A stretch of DNA of 64,000 nucleotides from Tubiluchus corallicola. Taxonomy: Eukaryota; Animalia; Priapulida. Below are positions 60,718 through 64,000 of the stretch, piece by piece. A program made the translations under genes and the position numbers. Location of the stretch: positions 5,966-69,965 of the forward strand of contig JAQGDQ010001019.1 of the NCBI GenBank assembly GCA_030141605.1, written 5' to 3'. The notes under the pieces are model-generated. The model had not been told where the DNA came from and made no database searches. It saw only the letters and a list, made by a program, of their open reading frames with translations. Position 1 is the stretch's first letter, and each line of letters begins with the position of its first letter.

Positions 60718-62038
60718 GAAAAAGTAGATGCAGTTTCGTCTGATAACACCAAAGTGCAAAGTGACGTAGAATCTTCGAAAACATCGGATGATCAAGGGAT
60801 TGAACCTGTTGAGAAGACTCTGAATGAATCTACCTCAGCGAATAATGTTACCTTCGAAGAAAGAGACCAGTCGCTCTCGGAACGAAAGTCTAAAAAGAAG
60901 CGGAAGCATAAGGAGGATGACAATAACGAAAAGGAAGCGACTGCAGGGAAAGTTTGCGAACTGAATAATGTTAGTTCCGAACATATGGACCAGTCACACT
61001 CGGAAAGAAAGTCTAAAAAGAAGCGAAAGCATAAGGAGGATGACAACAACGAAAAGGAAGCGACTGCAGGGAAAGTTTGGGAACCGAATAATGTTGGCTC
61101 CGAACATATGGACCAGTCACACTCGGAAAGAAAGTCTAAAAAGAAGCGAAAGCATAAGGAAGATTTATACAACGAAAAGGAAGCGACTGCAGGGAAAGTT
61201 TGCGAACCGAGTAATGTTAACACGGAACACGATGATCGTTCGCATTCCGAAAGAAAGTCCGAAAAGAAACGCAAGCACAAACACGACAATGATCCAATCC
61301 CCAAGAAGGCTACCGAGAAAGATTGCGAAGACCCCGCTTCGCGTTCTCTCATTCCGGACGAATCTTGCAAAGACAACGACGCAACAACCAAAGACGAATC
61401 TCCTAAAAGCTCGAAGAAGAAGAAGAAGCATAAACGTGAAGATGAAGATGATGTCCGTGGGAACGAAGATGCGATAAAAGAGAACAGCGAAGAAGGAACT
61501 ACTACAACAATGGCTGATTCACTAAAAGAACCGAACCACACTTCAGCAAATGATGATGCAAATGTTAGCAGCCGTAAAAAACACAAAAAGAAACAAAAGC
61601 GAATGAGCAGTGACACTGCAGCAACGATGAACGAAAACGTTGAGAAAGAAAGTAATGAAACTGGAAAAAATGAAGTTTCTTTTGTCGAATCTGAAATCAC
61701 TCAAAATGCCGACGAAGCAGCGGGTAAGAAGAAGAAAAAGCGTAAACATAAAGACGACGAAGAGGCGTTACTTCCTAAAAAGGAAAAACTGGATCGTGTG
61801 GAGTCAGCGAACCAAGTTGTCAAAGTGAATAAAACTGAGCCGGATGGTACGGCAGCTGAGAATAGCGATGTCAAATCCCCGCTAAAGCCAAAAGCGGAAC
61901 AGAATCAAGATCTCCTTGCTAGATTGGAGGCGACACCTGTGGGTGATGTGAATTCTCGTAAACGCACAAGCAAAACAGGAAACAAAATAGAAGAAAACGA
62001 AATCAATTTGCCCAAGATGGATGAAAAAGTCGGAAAAG
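60718..62038 (+). CDS. LYAR: LYAR-like large Lys/Glu-rich exon with internal 41-aa repeats
   Basis: Acceptor tttatag|GAA in phase 0 with the preceding exon; 440 open codons rich in KKKRKHK motifs; probable phase-1 donor AAAG|gtgatt. Assigned to LYAR by position, phase and composition. Confidence 0.8.
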
Positions 62039-62074
62039 GTGATTTTGTTCAAACGATTAAGTTTCCCTTATTTG

Positions 62075-62710
62075 TTAAGTGTAGTTTGGCTTCTTTAAGT
62101 GTAGTTTGGCATCTTTAAGTGTAGTTTGGCTTCTTTAAGTGTAGTTTGGCATCTTTAAGTGTAGTTTGGCTTCTTTAAGTGTAGTTTGGCATCTTTAAGT
62201 GTAGTTTGGCACTTTAAGTGTAGTTTGACTTCTTTAAGTGTAGTTTGGCATCTTTAAGTGTAGTTTGACTTCTTTAAGTGTAGTTTGGCTTCTTTAATTG
62301 TAGTTTGGCTTCTTTAATTGTAGTTTGGCTTCTTTAAGTGTAGTTTGGCTTCTTTAAGTGTAGTTTGGCATCTTTAAGTGTAGTTTGGCATCTTTAACTG
62401 TAGTTTGGCTTCTTTAAGTGTAGTTTGGCTTCTTTAAGTGTAGTTTGGCATCTTTAAGTGTAGTTTGGCTTCTTTAAGTGTAGTTTGGCATCTTTAAGTG
62501 TAGTTTGGCTTCTTTAAGTGTAGTTTGGCTTCTTTAAGTGTAGTTTGGCTTCTTTAAGTGTAGTTTGGCTTCTTTAAGTGTAGTTTGACTTCTTTAAGTG
62601 TAGTTTGGCTTCTTTAATTGTAGTTTGGCTTCTTTAATTGTAGTTTGGCTTCTTTAAGTGTAGTTTGGCTTCTTTAAGTGTAGTTTGGCATCTTTAAGTG
62701 TAGTTTGGCA
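62075..62710. repeat. 20-bp minisatellite, ~32 copies
   Basis: Unit TTAAGTGTAGTTTGGCWTCT. Confidence 0.97.
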
Positions 62711-63564
62711 GGCTTGGAATTGAATTGTAGATGACTACATTAAGTAAGTATACATGAACATGGAAGAAAATAATCAAATTCCTGGCCGGGTGCGTGATGG
62801 AAAATATGTTACCCGGGCGATTAGACGGAAACAATGCTAAATTTTTATCACTGGCCTGATCTATGTTACTAGAGCACTGGAGCATACCAGAAAACTCTGA
62901 CACAGGCTGGGGGCCTGGGGGTTGCCTAGGCGGCCCCAATGTGGTTGAGGGGCATAGCAACTATGGAGGTTCAAGGGGGCGAAGCCCCCTTTGGAGCCAG
63001 CAGGAAATTGCAATTTTGTGACCATAGAGAGCCTCTAAGTGGACTTAAAATAGTCAATTACCTTGTTTCATGCATAATTTAAAATACCCAACTATCAAGG
63101 ATACATGATACATATGATCGTGAAACTTCAAAAAATTAACAAATTTTATTTTGTATATATTTTGTTGTCTATATTTCATAAATTATAAAATTAAACTTGG
63201 TTTTATTCAAATTATGCTTCGGTATTTCGGTTGTTTGTGTCTGGAGGCCTCAAAGCTTCACATTTGTCAGCAATGAAGATATGACGCATTGCCATAAAAG
63301 GCATGCTACAAATTGTACAGATTATCAAATAAACGATATAGCCTTATTTGAACAATTTTAGCAAAATTTTTCAGCGATTTTTAACATCTAGATTCTAGGA
63401 GATAAAAGGTAAGCTGGATAAATACCTCGAAAAAATGCTACTGAAAGTTTCAGCTACGATTTCGGCGAAAACGAGGTTCAACCCCGAAAAATTTTCTCAA
63501 CGAATTTACGCGATTTACAAAAATGGCACTACTGGTCTTCTGGAAAATTCTCATCCTTGCATAC

Positions 63565-63642
63565 CTTGTTTGAAGAGAATACTTCCCAAGCTTGGTCAAT
63601 AAGTGTTCCGTCTGTTATCTTCACGCTGTTCTTCAAGAAGTT
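63565..63642 (-). CDS. LYAR: Inverted duplicate of LYAR-like exon 58274-58351
   Basis: Identical by eye, including both splice sites; functional status unknown. Confidence 0.7.
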
Positions 63643-63755
63643 CTGCAAAAGAAGTAATAATTGAATCTATAAAAGCGAATCCAAAGCTAACGCCTTTTTC
63701 TTTTTATACGTTCCATTCAGAATCACAATGTGATTGCAAATGTGAAGTAAACGAT

Positions 63756-64000
63756 GAACTAACTACACATTGAAAACAAATCAAGTCGAAAACACTGAAG
63801 TTAAGCAACCTGGAGTCTGGTTAGTACTTGGAGGGGTGACCATCTAGGAATACCAGGTGCTGTAGGCTTGCGGGATGCCCACACTGTATCTCGACACTAG
63901 GCGGAGGAGCTGCACAAGCAGCCAAAGGGTAGAGGGTGGAGGAGATCAAGTGACGCAACGGACATGTGTAGAGGAGTAAACCTTGCAAATCAGGAGTGGA
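63756..64000 (+). mobile_element. Second copy of the 5S-derived SINE-like element
   Basis: 5S-like head at ~63756-63869, followed by the same body. Confidence 0.8.

Larger units (their letters stand above)
62704..64000 (-). repeat. Right arm of large inverted duplication
   Basis: Reverse complement of 57916-59198; runs off the window end. Confidence 0.97.

Noticed and set aside
60792-61700. 302-aa minus-strand ORF
   Set aside because: Antisense shadow of the Lys/Glu-rich LYAR exon.

Overview
Eukaryotic (metazoan, probably marine invertebrate; species not identifiable) AT-rich genomic DNA dense in microsatellites, minisatellites, MITEs and LINE/SINE remnants. Most of the ORF track is simple-repeat artefact. 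Two real spliced genes are visible, both on +. (1) A COUP-TF/seven-up (NR2F) nuclear receptor: coding exon 1 at 24993-25398 (DNA-binding domain) and exon 2 at 31942-32472 (first part of the ligand-binding domain). Its expected third coding exon was not found in the remaining 31.5 kb. (2) A LYAR-like nucleolar zinc-finger gene: four in-phase exons at 56389-56503, 56815-56919, 58274-58351 and 60718-62038. Its first and last coding exons were not found. The right end of the window is a large inverted duplication (at least 57916-59198 paired with 62704-64000+) that copies one LYAR exon and a 5S rRNA-derived SINE-like element onto the opposite strand. Other notable structures are a five-copy array of 106-bp self-complementary hairpin units just upstream of COUP-TF exon 2, minisatellites built from the termini of TTAA-flanked (Kolobok/T2-like) MITEs, and head-to-head tRNA-like palindromes. 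No prokaryotic system or CRISPR array is present. All alignments were done by eye, so repeat boundaries are approximate.
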